Below, piece after piece: positions 49,063 through 59,056 of a stretch of DNA of 64,000 nt (positions within the stretch are counted from its first letter, which is position 1; every line of letters starts with the position of its first letter). The stretch is from Patescibacteria group bacterium (GTDB taxonomy: Bacteria; Patescibacteriota; Patescibacteriia; UBA11705; DATKZF01). The notes beneath the pieces are model-generated. The model searched no databases. It had not been told where the DNA came from and saw nothing but the letters and a program-made list of their open reading frames with translations. Location of the stretch: positions 131,349 through 195,348 of the forward strand of contig JBMORT010000009.1 in NCBI GenBank assembly GCA_049319825.1, in the 5' to 3' direction. A program made the translations under genes and the position numbers.

Positions 49063-49992
49063 TTATTTTAATGTTGTTCCGATAAAATCAGCATGCCCGT
49101 TAACGAAGCTGGCAATATCAACTTCATTTTTACCCTCCAGCTTAAGCTTGATCAAAATCAAGCAACCGAGACCGGTCTGAATCGCGACATTGCCGTCTTT
49201 TTTAAATACCAATCCGATCGGCCGTTGACCGTTACTTGATAAAAAATCCGCTTTGATAATGTCCAGCTTCTTATTTTTGAAATAGGTAAAAGCCCCGGGC
49301 CAAGGAGTAAACGCTCTGATCTGATTGAAAATATGCTCGGCTGAATTGGTCCAAGCGATCCGGCCTTGCCCTTTGGAAATCGTGGGGAAAACAGAGGCCA
49401 GCTGGTCGTCCTGCTTTTGCGGTTTTATTTTACCGGCCAGATAATCGGTGACCACCTTGACTATCGATCGCGCGCCCAGCTCAGCCAGCAAATCATGGAG
49501 CGTGCCCAGGTCATCGGCTTTTTTTATATCGATCTCACTCTGCGCCAAAATATCGCCCGTATCCAATCCTTCATCGATTTTCATTATGGTCACGCCGGTT
49601 TGTTTATCGCCATGACGCAGCGCGGCCTGTATCGGCGAAGCGCCCCGATATTTGGGCAAAAGAGACGCGTGAATGTTCAGGCAACCGAATTTGGGCAGAT
49701 CAATTATCGCCTTTGGCAAAATCTTTCCATAGGCGACAACCACCGCCAAGTCCGGCTTTATTTTGTTCAGCCGGTCAACTAAATCCTCATCCAATTTTTC
49801 CGGCTGCAAAATAAAAAAATCACGCGACATGGCGTATTCTTTAACGGGTGGAGCGGATAATATTTTTTTTCTGCCCTTGGGCTGATCCGGCTGGGTAATA
49901 ACCGCTTCAATTGAAAAATTTTCAGCCAATTCTCGAAGGGCTGGTATGGCAAAGTCGGGTGTGCCGAAAAAAATTATTTTTATTGCTTTCAT
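49063..49992 (-). CDS. fmt: Methionyl-tRNA formyltransferase
   Basis: FFGTPDFA, NIHASLLPKYRGASPI, LDTGD. Confidence 0.95.
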   Translation of the reverse strand: MKAIKIIFFGTPDFAIPALRELAENFSIEAVITQPDQPKGRKKILSAPPVKEYAMSRDFFILQPEKLDEDLVDRLNKIKPDLAVVVAYGKILPKAIIDLPKFGCLNIHASLLPKYRGASPIQAALRHGDKQTGVTIMKIDEGLDTGDILAQSEIDIKKADDLGTLHDLLAELGARSIVKVVTDYLAGKIKPQKQDDQLASVFPTISKGQGRIAWTNSAEHIFNQIRAFTPWPGAFTYFKNKKLDIIKADFLSSNGQRPIGLVFKKDGNVAIQTGLGCLILIKLKLEGKNEVDIASFVNGHADFIGTTLK

Positions 49993-49997
49993 ATCTG

Positions 49998-50099
49998 AAA
50001 TGCGCAAAGCGAGAGTCGCAAAGCGATTCACCGGCCGGCGCGGCCGATATCATCAGTGCGGGCAGGTATATCGCATATCGCATTTCGCGCCTCGTATTT
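49998..50099. repeat. Inverted heptamer element (4+4) with a GC-rich central insert
   Basis: AAATGCG CAAAGCG AGAGTCG CAAAGCG [46 nt] CGCATAT CGCATTT CGCGCCT CGTATTT. Confidence 0.75.
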
Positions 50100-50102
50100 C
50101 TT

Positions 50103-50573
50103 TTATTTTATTTCGCCTTTGATTATTTTTATAACCTTGTCAATAAATAAAACCCCGTCCAGATGATCCACTTCATGCTGTATCACTCTGGCGAACATAC
50201 CTGCGGCGACAAAAATCATTTCTCGGCCGTTAATATCCAATGCTTTGACTTTGATCTTTTTGTAGCGCTTAACGGTGCCGAAAATTCCCGGTACAGACAG
50301 GCAGCCTTCTTCATCAATTATTTTTTTTAAGCTTTTTCTAATAATACGGGGATTGATCAATACCAAATCGCCATTTTCCGTATTAATGACGCAAATTCTT
50401 TTGTTTGTGCCAATCTGCGGAGCGGCCAGGCCGATGCCATCTTCTTTATGCATTGTTTCGGCCATATCCAAAACAAGCCTTTTAAAGCCTTCGGTTTTTA
50501 TTTCTTCAGGGCCGATCTCGATATTTTTCGCCCGGAGAATTTTATTTGGATGAGTGATGATATCGAAAGCCAT
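50103..50573 (-). CDS. def: Peptide deformylase
   Basis: GIGLAAPQ, EGCLSVP, QHEVDHLDG. Confidence 0.97.
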   Translation of the reverse strand: MAFDIITHPNKILRAKNIEIGPEEIKTEGFKRLVLDMAETMHKEDGIGLAAPQIGTNKRICVINTENGDLVLINPRIIRKSLKKIIDEEGCLSVPGIFGTVKRYKKIKVKALDINGREMIFVAAGMFARVIQHEVDHLDGVLFIDKVIKIIKGEIK

Positions 50574-50581
50574 ATTGGATC

Positions 50582-50680
50582 TACTAGATTACAGATTCAC
50601 GTACGGATTATACAAGATTATTACATTGCGCCTTTTAAAGCGATCTGTACAATCTTGTATGTAAATCTCGTAATCTGGTA
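50582..50680. repeat. Inverted TAC(N1-2)GAT element (4+4)
   Basis: TACTAGAT TACAGAT..TACGGAT..TACAAGAT / ATCTGTA..ATCTTGTA..ATCTCGTA ATCTGGTA. Confidence 0.85.
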
Positions 50681-50688
50681 ATATCAAA

Positions 50689-52557
50689 TTATAACAGATT
50701 TATCGGGTTCTTGTCAACTATTATATCATTCGGAATGGCTTTAATCAATACTTTTTCGGCCTGTTGATCGAAAACCTTTACGGCGATCTGCCAAATAAAA
50801 TAATCCCTGATTTTAACGGAATAGGCGGCATATGGCGCGGATGGCTCAATTCCTTGGATACCTGATATTTTACCGGAAATATAATCAATTTTCTGCTTTG
50901 CTTTTTTTTCAAATTTATCCCGAACAATTATTTTAATCATGTTGAAATAAGGAGGATAGTTAAGCAGCTGGCGAGCTTTTAATTCTTTTTTATAAAATTC
51001 AAGCGGCCGGTTAAAATAGGCGACAGCGTGATTTTCCAAAAAAGCGCTTTGAATTAAAATTTTGATGTTTGGATTCTGAGAATATAATTTTTGAGTGAAT
51101 TTTCGAAGCAGATAAAAGACCTTGGCCGGATGAGAGAAATCAGGCAGATAAAACAAACTGTCAAAATACACGAAAGCCGCTCGGTCAAAGAGTAAATTGC
51201 CGTCATTTATCGATGGCAGCCCGACCATTATATTCGGACTAGCATATTTTTTTCGTATTAATGCTTCGAACCCCATGGCCCCAATACCCGTGGCCCGAAT
51301 ACTGGCGCCCCCGCACTGCGGGCACAGTGTCGGTTGAACCGTATACTTTAGGCAATGGTGGCAGAACAGACGAGATTCCGGATAAACGGTCAATGGCAAG
51401 CCGCAAATCGAACAGCTGATCACTTTTTGGCAATCGGCGCACTTTAAGGTGCTGGCATAACCGCGCTTATTTACCAATAACAATATCTGTTCATTTTTTT
51501 CCAATCCGTGCTTGATGAATTTATCCAGATTTTCGGTCAGATAATAATCATCGCCACCGACACTGAATTCAACGCGACGCACCTGCGCTTCGGGAATATT
51601 TTTCCCCAGATTTATCAATTTGAATCGCTGTTTTTGCGCAGCGAAATATGTTTCCGGCTTGGGAGCGAATCCGGAAACAATCAGTTTGGCCGATGTAAGT
51701 TTGGCTATCCGAAATAAAACCTCGCCGGCGTCGTAGCGCGGATTCTGATCCCACTGTTTGTAATCATCGGATTCGGAGCGATCAATGATGACGGTCCTGA
51801 CGTTCATCAAATTGAAAAAGATCGCCGATCTGGTACCGAGCAGCACCTTGGCGCTAGCAGACGCGATCGCTTGATAATATCGTAGATATTTATTTTTACT
51901 TGATTTATAAGTTTTGCTGTCCAAGATCAACGCCAAATCGGCGATATTATCGGGCAGGCGTCTTCGAAAAACTTCCAGATCAGCCAGCGTGGGGAAGAGC
52001 AGCAGTATCTGTCGGTCGGCATCGATATGTTTTTTTATCAGTCTAACGTACAACTGATCGGTCAGCTCCGTGTTTTGGTTCAACAGCAGATATCCTTTTT
52101 CTTCGGAGTCAATAATTTCTTTTGCCAGCCTGGCCATGGTTTCTGAGATCATCAGATCATTTGTCGCTGCCGTCTTTTTTTCTTCCGTGCCTTTATTCAT
52201 CAATCCGTTTTCATTGCCGGCATAATTGCTTCGTCTTTTGGGAATTTCCGGCAGCATCAGCTGGGCCGTCGAGGCGAGCGAATGGTGATAAAATTCGCTG
52301 AACCAGCTAATCAGTTCAATTTGATATTTGGCAATCAAGTCTTTATCGATAATCCTGATGATTGACTTCAACTCAAAACCGGGCTGGTGGACGGAAAATC
52401 CGACGACCAATCCGAATATTTTTGATTTTTTAAATTCCATCTCGACAATGGCGCCGGCACTGATATCATCAGCCAGTGATTCCGGAATAAAATAATCAAA
52501 AACCTCAACGGATCGGGGCATTTTTCGCAGCGGCAGTATTTGAGCGATTTTTTTCAT
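50689..52557 (-). CDS. priA: Primosomal protein N' with degenerate helicase motifs
   Basis: FDY..P N-domain, GTRSAIF, YKQ..PRYDA, NKRGYA, 4x CxxC, YPPY. Confidence 0.85.
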   Translation of the reverse strand: MKKIAQILPLRKMPRSVEVFDYFIPESLADDISAGAIVEMEFKKSKIFGLVVGFSVHQPGFELKSIIRIIDKDLIAKYQIELISWFSEFYHHSLASTAQLMLPEIPKRRSNYAGNENGLMNKGTEEKKTAATNDLMISETMARLAKEIIDSEEKGYLLLNQNTELTDQLYVRLIKKHIDADRQILLLFPTLADLEVFRRRLPDNIADLALILDSKTYKSSKNKYLRYYQAIASASAKVLLGTRSAIFFNLMNVRTVIIDRSESDDYKQWDQNPRYDAGEVLFRIAKLTSAKLIVSGFAPKPETYFAAQKQRFKLINLGKNIPEAQVRRVEFSVGGDDYYLTENLDKFIKHGLEKNEQILLLVNKRGYASTLKCADCQKVISCSICGLPLTVYPESRLFCHHCLKYTVQPTLCPQCGGASIRATGIGAMGFEALIRKKYASPNIMVGLPSINDGNLLFDRAAFVYFDSLFYLPDFSHPAKVFYLLRKFTQKLYSQNPNIKILIQSAFLENHAVAYFNRPLEFYKKELKARQLLNYPPYFNMIKIIVRDKFEKKAKQKIDYISGKISGIQGIEPSAPYAAYSVKIRDYFIWQIAVKVFDQQAEKVLIKAIPNDIIVDKNPINLL

Positions 52558-52676
52558 ATTTTAATGATAGCAAAATTGCGCTGAAATTTCTAATTTCATT
52601 CGGTGATTTTTAAATAATAAAAGGTCCCCGCGGGGACTCATGTCTTTTTCCACTCAATAATTGGCGCTGTATTCTT

Positions 52677-53468
52677 TTATTTAAACACAAATTCTCCCAC
52701 CAAGTATCCGACCCCGAACGGCGCCTCGTAAGAAAGCACTTCGAATTCATAATTCATGTGTTCAACAATGCCCAGCAGAATTAAAAACGATCGCAGGCCG
52801 CATTCTGCCGCTTCTTCGATCAATTCAGGATCAATATTCAAAATATTGTTGATTTTTTTCTCTTTCATCAGCTTTATCAATTTCTTATCGAATTCTTTGG
52901 CGCGCTTGGAAAAACCCGCGGGCGCGTCCAGACTCAGCCGATGAGAAAGATCGCCGGATGCGATTATCGCTATTTTTTTATCGGTATCAAAAATCGCTTC
53001 TTTTAATTCTTTGCCGAATTCCAAATGCTTTTGGTGGCTTAAAAGACAATAATTGATCGGCACGATCTTTAAATCTTTTAGGCCGGCGGTCAGGTAATAT
53101 AAGGGCACGGCAACGCCGTGGTCCAGGTTTTCATGCTGGCTTAAAAAAACCGGCAATTTGGTTTCCACCCGCTCTTTGAAGCGATTGATAAATTCCAAAT
53201 CAGGATTAAATGTCAATTTCGTGGTAAAATCTCCAAACGCCTCGAAATTCGCTTCATAAACGGAATTGGTGTTGATATTGAAGGAGTCGGTAAAAAATTC
53301 TCCGTGCGGCGAGATGACAATAATTGTTTCCGGCTCAGCCGCCAGCAATTTTTTATTCAGTTCTTTGAGCGAATCGATTGTCTTTTGCACTTCAGTGATA
53401 TTTTGTTTGCCGATGGCCGGAATGATAATGGGCGGATGCGGGGCGACGGCGGCGAAGACTAAAGACAT
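52677..53468 (-). CDS. amrB: AmmeMemoRadiSam system protein B (MEMO/LigB-like)
   Basis: PHPPI, ISPH, LDHG..VPL, ASGDLSH, ECG, YEAPFGVGY. Confidence 0.88.
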   Translation of the reverse strand: MSLVFAAVAPHPPIIIPAIGKQNITEVQKTIDSLKELNKKLLAAEPETIIVISPHGEFFTDSFNINTNSVYEANFEAFGDFTTKLTFNPDLEFINRFKERVETKLPVFLSQHENLDHGVAVPLYYLTAGLKDLKIVPINYCLLSHQKHLEFGKELKEAIFDTDKKIAIIASGDLSHRLSLDAPAGFSKRAKEFDKKLIKLMKEKKINNILNIDPELIEEAAECGLRSFLILLGIVEHMNYEFEVLSYEAPFGVGYLVGEFVFK

Positions 53469-53471
53469 ATG

Positions 53472-53499
53472 TATGAATTATGGAACATCAAGCATGGAT
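53472..53499. repeat. Degenerate (C/T)AT heptamer tract
   Basis: TATGAAT TATGGAA CATCAAG CATGGAT. Confidence 0.45.
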
Positions 53500-54869
53500 C
53501 ATTCTTGCAAATAATCCAATGTAATTTCCTCTCCCAGAGGGATATTTACTAAGGTCGACGGATCGATTGTGGTAATATTGCTCCAGCTGTAGCCGAGTTC
53601 ATTAAAAACTTTTTCCGTGGGGATGAGCAATCTGCGACCCCCGCTGGTGACATAGACCTGCGGCGAATCGAATGATTTTATCAATGCCCCGTCTTTTATG
53701 GTCACCAAGCCGCCGCGTTCGTATTTATCAAGCTCCAAGGGTGAAGTGACGGTTATATGGTAATGTGAAAAATTTATATCCAGCAGATAACGATTGGGAA
53801 TCGGATGCTTCACGCCGTTTTGCACGAAGAAAACACCGCCGGTTTGATTATCCTGAAGCAGCGCGCCGGCCGGATAAGTCGTTTTAATGGTGATCGGATC
53901 GCCGGGATTAAACATTTTCGCTTCATCGGCGGTAATGTCAATCAATTCTTCCAGATTAAAGCCGATCATCCGGAACACTTCCATGCTTTCTATATGCCGC
54001 AGGCGATCATCGGATAACAGGTAAATATTGCCACCGGGATCTTTTAGCAATGAATGCTGAGGGAATTTAATGGGCAAGCCCATCGGATAACCGCTGAGCA
54101 CGCTTTTGTCAACCGAAATGACATCCTTTAAATCGAAGCGGCTGACCAGCGCGCCTCGAGACAGAAAAGGCCGTTTGGTCCCATGATCAATCAGCCAAAC
54201 TCCGGGCTCGTCTTTGACCTGAATCAACGTTCCATCGGGATAAATTTTGGAGAAATAGGAATTCCAGAGCTTCCAAAAATTAAAATTGCCATGAATGTGA
54301 GGCGTATAAATATACAAATTGGCGGTGGCGCGATTTAAAATCGTGACGATTTGCCCGTCGATTATGTATGTGCCGCCGACCTGATGGTTGAATTCCCAGG
54401 GATTTTCGATATAATATTGATTCCGCCACGCCGCGCGATCGATCTGCTTGGCGAATCCTTTGAATTTTTGGATTAACGGATCGTCTTTGGAACATGAGTC
54501 GCACACGGCGTAGCCGGTGGCCCAATCGAGCTGATCCTGAGTCGGCTTTGGGTCTTCGATCAGGCTTTGTTCTTTTTGCAGCAGCACCAATAAATATTTG
54601 GGGCTGATTTGATAACGCAGCGCCGCTCGATAAATTATTTCCGCGGCCGACCGCAGCTGACCGTCAATGTCTTCAAACGTTTTATGGGCCAATATTCCCG
54701 ATTTGGAGTGTAAAAAGGCGATTATATCCTCCAATTTCATTGACGAGGAATCCCTGAACTCGCTGTCGGAAATGATATATCCCGGATTAAAATCATCCGC
54801 CCGTACCGGCTGACAGCAGGGGATAAGCAGGGAAATCAATAAAATTAAAGTGATAACGAATTTTTTCAT
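53499..54869 (-). CDS. Secreted protein with lysozyme-like N-domain and C-terminal repeats
   Basis: Signal peptide; ISPKYLLVLLQKEQSL, ATANLYIYTPH; repeated PDGTLI/GALL..VY units. Confidence 0.65.
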   Translation of the reverse strand: MKKFVITLILLISLLIPCCQPVRADDFNPGYIISDSEFRDSSSMKLEDIIAFLHSKSGILAHKTFEDIDGQLRSAAEIIYRAALRYQISPKYLLVLLQKEQSLIEDPKPTQDQLDWATGYAVCDSCSKDDPLIQKFKGFAKQIDRAAWRNQYYIENPWEFNHQVGGTYIIDGQIVTILNRATANLYIYTPHIHGNFNFWKLWNSYFSKIYPDGTLIQVKDEPGVWLIDHGTKRPFLSRGALVSRFDLKDVISVDKSVLSGYPMGLPIKFPQHSLLKDPGGNIYLLSDDRLRHIESMEVFRMIGFNLEELIDITADEAKMFNPGDPITIKTTYPAGALLQDNQTGGVFFVQNGVKHPIPNRYLLDINFSHYHITVTSPLELDKYERGGLVTIKDGALIKSFDSPQVYVTSGGRRLLIPTEKVFNELGYSWSNITTIDPSTLVNIPLGEEITLDYLQE

Positions 54870-54989
54870 ATTGTTAACGATATTATTCATGATACCATAA
54901 AATAAATGATTGTTCAAACTATATATATTTAGACACCGCTAACACTCAATCATTACACCGGCTATCAGCGTGAAAAATTTTATTGATAA

Positions 54990-55014
54990 AAAAACGGACA
55001 TTGATGTCCGTTTT
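54990..55014 (-). terminator. Terminator after clpB
   Basis: AAAACGGACAT-tg-ATGTCCGTTTT with an A-run on the + strand. Confidence 0.7.
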
Positions 55015-57661
55015 ATGATTGACTATCGGCGCTAAAGATGATTTTATTTTCGCTAAAGTCGACCGTTATATTTTTTTGTTCATTTATTTTTGAAGAAACT
55101 ATGCGCATCGCCAATTCATCCAGAATTTCATTTTGAATCAATCGCTTCAGCGGTCTGGCGCCATAAGCCGGGTCATAGCCCTTATCAGCCAAATGCTTTT
55201 TCAGACAATGCGTAAATTCAATGCCGATGCCTCTGCCGGCCAGACGCCTTTTGATTTCCTCGAGTCGCAGGTTGACGATCTTGGCCAAATCAGACTTGCT
55301 CAAGCTGTCAAACATGATTATATCGTCCACCCGATTCAAAAACTCGGGTTTGAATCGTTCGCGGAGCATTTCCATGATTTTTCCCTTGACATTTTGCTTG
55401 GCCGGAGTCTTCGCCGCGTTATCGGCAAAGCCGATTTCAGATTGCACAGACAGCTGAAGAATCAAGTCACTGCCGATATTGGACGTCATGATGATGATTG
55501 TATTTTTAAAGTTGACCATCCGACCCTTGGAATCGGTCAATCGTCCGTCGTCGAGCAGCTGAAGCAGCGAATTAAAGACCTCGGGGTGCGCTTTTTCAAT
55601 TTCATCAAATAAAACCACCGAATATGGACGCCGTCTGACCGCCTCGGTCAGCTGACCTCCCTCGTCGTGTCCGATATAGCCCGGCGGTGATCCGATAAAT
55701 TTGGCCACCGAATGCTTTTCCATGTATTCGGACATGTCAATCCTGATCAGGGCGCTTTCATCGTTAAACATAAACTCTGCCAAAGCTTTGGCCAGTTCGG
55801 TTTTTCCCACTCCGGTCGGTCCCATAAAGATGAAAGAACCGATCGGCCTTGATTCTTCGGCTAAGCCGGCTCTTGAGCGGCGCAAAGCGTTGGAAACGGC
55901 CTTAATCGCTTGTGCTTGCCCGATAACCCTCTTTGCCAGATCTGTCTCGGCCCCGGCCAATTTTTGCAATTCGGATTGAAGCATTTTATTAACCGGTATG
56001 CCCGTCCATTTGGCCACGACTGCGGCGATATCTTCCGAGCTGACCTCTTCCTTTAATATTTGCTTGCCGCCGGGTCCGGTCTGAACTTTGGCTAAATTTT
56101 TCTTTTGAGCGTCAATTTCCTTTTCCAGCTCCGGAATTTTACCATAGCGAATCTCCGCGACTTTATCGAACTCGGATTTTCGTTCCACTATATCCGCCTC
56201 TTGCTTTAATTTTTCGATCCGCTTCGAAGCCTCTTGTATTTTCGTGATGATTTCTTTTTCTTTTTTCCAGTGTATTTCCAGCTGATTCGACTGTTCCTTC
56301 AGCTCAGCGAGCTGTTTTTCCAGCGAATTCAATTTTTCGCGAGAATTATCGGTATTTTCCTTGCCGAGCGCCTGTTTTTCGATTTCCAAAGTTTTAATTT
56401 TCCTTTGCAGCTGATCCAGGTCGTCTGGCATGCTGTTCAATTCGATTCTTAGCGCTGATGTCGCTTCATCGATCAGATCAATGGCTTTATCGGGCAAAAA
56501 ACGATCGGTAATGTAGCGCTGCGAAAGCTGCGCCGCGGAGATGATGGCATCATCGGTAATGCGCACGCCATGATGGACTTCGTATTTCTCCTTAATGCCG
56601 CGCAGAATGGCAATCGTGTCTTCAAGCGACGGCTCCGCGACCATGACCGGCTGAAATCGTCGCTCCAGCGCCGCGTCTTTTTCAATATGTTTTCTGTATT
56701 CCTTGATCGTGGTGGCGCCAACGCATCGCAGCTCACCGCGCGCCAAGGCCGGCTTCAATAGGTTCGAAGCGTCCATGGCGCCTTCAGTGGCGCCGGCGCC
56801 AACAATGGTGTGAAGCTCATCTATGAAAACAATAAACTTATCCGAATTTTTCTGAATTTCTTTCAATACCGCTTTTAACCGGTCTTCAAATTCGCCGCGA
56901 AACTTGGTGCCGGCGATCAAAGAACCCAAATCCAGCGAAATGACTTCTTTATTTTTCAGATTTTCAGGCACATCGCCGGAGACGATGCGTTGAGCCAGAC
57001 CTTCGGCAATGGCGGTTTTTCCCGTGCCGGGTTCGCCGATCAAAACCGGATTGTTTTTCGTTCTCCTTGATAAGACCTGCAGCACTCGCCGAATCTCATC
57101 ATTGCGGCCGATAACCGGATCAAGCTTTTCTTTACGCGCCATGTCGGTCAAATTTACGGTGTATTTTTCCAAAACCTGATATTTGCTCTCCGGATCCGGA
57201 TCGGTGACCTGCTGTGAGCCTCGCACTTCAGACAGCACTTTCAGCACCGCTTCGTAATTGAGCTGGTTGTCGGCCAAAATTTCCGACGCTTTGCTTTCCG
57301 CCTGGATTAACGATAAAAATAAATGTTCCGTGGAAATGAATTCATCGCCCAAGCTTTCCGCCACTTGTTCGGAATTGGCCAAGGTATAATTAAAAGCGGG
57401 GGAGACATAAAGCTGCCCCTGAGCGCCGCCTTCGATTTCGCCTTTGGGCAAATTTCTTAGCTCCGATTCAACTCGAGAAATTATTTTACGCGTGTCTTTG
57501 TCCAATTTTTTTAAAATGGTCAAGACAATACTGTCTTTTTGCTCCAACAACGACGCCAGCAGATGAATGACATCAAGCTGAGAATTTTTATATTCAAAAG
57601 CTTTATTCTGCGCCCGTGACAGCGCTTCCTGAGATTTTATAGTGAATTTATTGATATTCAT
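55013..57661 (-). CDS. clpB: ATP-dependent chaperone ClpB
   Basis: Clp N-domain, two AAA+ modules ([16 protein letters not shown]), long coiled-coil middle domain. Confidence 0.95.
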   Translation of the reverse strand: MNINKFTIKSQEALSRAQNKAFEYKNSQLDVIHLLASLLEQKDSIVLTILKKLDKDTRKIISRVESELRNLPKGEIEGGAQGQLYVSPAFNYTLANSEQVAESLGDEFISTEHLFLSLIQAESKASEILADNQLNYEAVLKVLSEVRGSQQVTDPDPESKYQVLEKYTVNLTDMARKEKLDPVIGRNDEIRRVLQVLSRRTKNNPVLIGEPGTGKTAIAEGLAQRIVSGDVPENLKNKEVISLDLGSLIAGTKFRGEFEDRLKAVLKEIQKNSDKFIVFIDELHTIVGAGATEGAMDASNLLKPALARGELRCVGATTIKEYRKHIEKDAALERRFQPVMVAEPSLEDTIAILRGIKEKYEVHHGVRITDDAIISAAQLSQRYITDRFLPDKAIDLIDEATSALRIELNSMPDDLDQLQRKIKTLEIEKQALGKENTDNSREKLNSLEKQLAELKEQSNQLEIHWKKEKEIITKIQEASKRIEKLKQEADIVERKSEFDKVAEIRYGKIPELEKEIDAQKKNLAKVQTGPGGKQILKEEVSSEDIAAVVAKWTGIPVNKMLQSELQKLAGAETDLAKRVIGQAQAIKAVSNALRRSRAGLAEESRPIGSFIFMGPTGVGKTELAKALAEFMFNDESALIRIDMSEYMEKHSVAKFIGSPPGYIGHDEGGQLTEAVRRRPYSVVLFDEIEKAHPEVFNSLLQLLDDGRLTDSKGRMVNFKNTIIIMTSNIGSDLILQLSVQSEIGFADNAAKTPAKQNVKGKIMEMLRERFKPEFLNRVDDIIMFDSLSKSDLAKIVNLRLEEIKRRLAGRGIGIEFTHCLKKHLADKGYDPAYGARPLKRLIQNEILDELAMRIVSSKINEQKNITVDFSENKIIFSADSQS

Positions 57662-57772
57662 ATTTATACCGTGCGGCCAGCCGGGCAACGCTACGGGTGC
57701 GACTAGGCCCATAATCAGTACAGATTAGTCGCCCATGGCCGACTGCCGAACTGATCGCATTTATTTTATTAT

Positions 57773-57799
57773 TTAGCACTCTAATATACAGACTGCTAA
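57773..57799. promoter_or_regulatory. CIRCE element (HrcA operator) upstream of clpB
   Basis: TTAGCACTC-N9-GACTGCTAA, one mismatch to TTAGCACTC-N9-GAGTGCTAA. Confidence 0.88.
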
Positions 57800-57802
57800 T
57801 AT

Positions 57803-57831
57803 ATTGTGCCAAATAAAAAAAGGCCTGTCAA
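57803..57831 (-). promoter_or_regulatory. clpB promoter
   Basis: TTGACA-17 nt-CACAAT on the - strand, directly upstream of CIRCE. Confidence 0.65.
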
Positions 57832-57843
57832 GAGCGCGGTGAA

Positions 57844-57871
57844 GAAATCAGAAACCGGAAATTGAAAACCG
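57844..57871. repeat. GAAANNG heptamer tract
   Basis: GAAATCA GAAACCG GAAATTG AAAACCG. Confidence 0.5.
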
Positions 57872-57888
57872 GGTCCTAGAGCTGCCGC

Positions 57889-58896
57889 CTATAAAACAAA
57901 TGGCAGCCGGACACCGCACTTTGGACAGACTTTTTTATTTTTGTACATCTTTTCAATAATATACCCTTTGCGGGAAATTAATAACTCCCCGCATTCGGCG
58001 CAATTCGTGTTTTCAAATTTAGACGTTTTCAAATTGCCCGAATAAACGAAGCGCAGATCATTGTCTTTGGCGATATTTATGGCATTCTCAATGCTGGATT
58101 CGTTTGTCGGCAGCGCTCCAACCATTTTGTGGGCCGGATAAAATGCCGAAAGATGCCATGGCGTTTCATTACCCAAATCAAAACGAATAAATTTCGCCAT
58201 GGCCGATATCTCTTCGTCCGAATCGTTTAATTGCGGAATGATCAGAGTGGTTACTTCAAGATGAATATTCGACTTGGCCACCCGAATCAAACTGTCTTTG
58301 ACATGTTTTAATCTCGCGCCGCAAACCTGCTGATACTTATCTTCCGTAAAAAATTTTAAATCTATGTTAATCGCGTCTAAATAAGGCTCGATGAGATGAA
58401 AAGTTTCTTTGGAAAAATAGCCGTTGGAAACCCAAACATTGGCCAACCCCTGTTTTTTTGCCTCCTTCATTACCTCGAGAGCGTATTCGATGTATATTGT
58501 CGGTTCGGTGTAAGTATAAGCAATGCTTTGGCAATTCATGCTTTTGGCGGAATTAACAATTTGCCACGGCGCGACCTCTTCTCCGGGAATTTCTTCCAGC
58601 GGGCTTACCTGAGAAATGGAATAATTTTGACAATGAAGACAGCGAAAATTACAGCCGACGCAGGCGATCGAGTAGGCGAGCGATCCGGGCAAAAAATGAA
58701 ACAGCGGTTTTTTTTCGATCGGATCAATATTTTGCGAAATTATTTTACCGTAATTCAAACTGAAAAGCCGGCCGTCCATGTTTTGTCTGACCTGGCATAG
58801 GCCTCGCTGGCCAGGATTGATCAGGCAGCCGTGCAGGCAATTATAGCATCTAATCGTGGTCTTTTTGGCGTCGCGCCAATTTATGGCTGGCTTCAT
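57889..58896 (-). CDS. amrS: AmmeMemoRadiSam system radical SAM enzyme
   Basis: DPIEKKPLFHF, CNFRCLHC, YTYTEPT, C-terminal CxxC pairs. Confidence 0.92.
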   Translation of the reverse strand: MKPAINWRDAKKTTIRCYNCLHGCLINPGQRGLCQVRQNMDGRLFSLNYGKIISQNIDPIEKKPLFHFLPGSLAYSIACVGCNFRCLHCQNYSISQVSPLEEIPGEEVAPWQIVNSAKSMNCQSIAYTYTEPTIYIEYALEVMKEAKKQGLANVWVSNGYFSKETFHLIEPYLDAINIDLKFFTEDKYQQVCGARLKHVKDSLIRVAKSNIHLEVTTLIIPQLNDSDEEISAMAKFIRFDLGNETPWHLSAFYPAHKMVGALPTNESSIENAINIAKDNDLRFVYSGNLKTSKFENTNCAECGELLISRKGYIIEKMYKNKKVCPKCGVRLPFVL

Positions 58897-59056
58897 ATTT
58901 ACATTGATGCGAAAAAGTCGTATAATCAACTTCATCTATATTTTAACAAATTGATGGTATAATGAGAATAGGGTAGTCGGGCGGCAGGACTTCATTGGAT
59001 TTTCTTTATTATTCAGCTGGCTCGCCACTGACGACCTAAAATTGATTCTAATTCAT

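Noticed and set aside
57668-57760. HDV-like ribozyme in the clpB leader
   Set aside because: P1/P2-like crossing is present, but the P3/L3 (UCC) and J4/2 catalytic motifs were not found.
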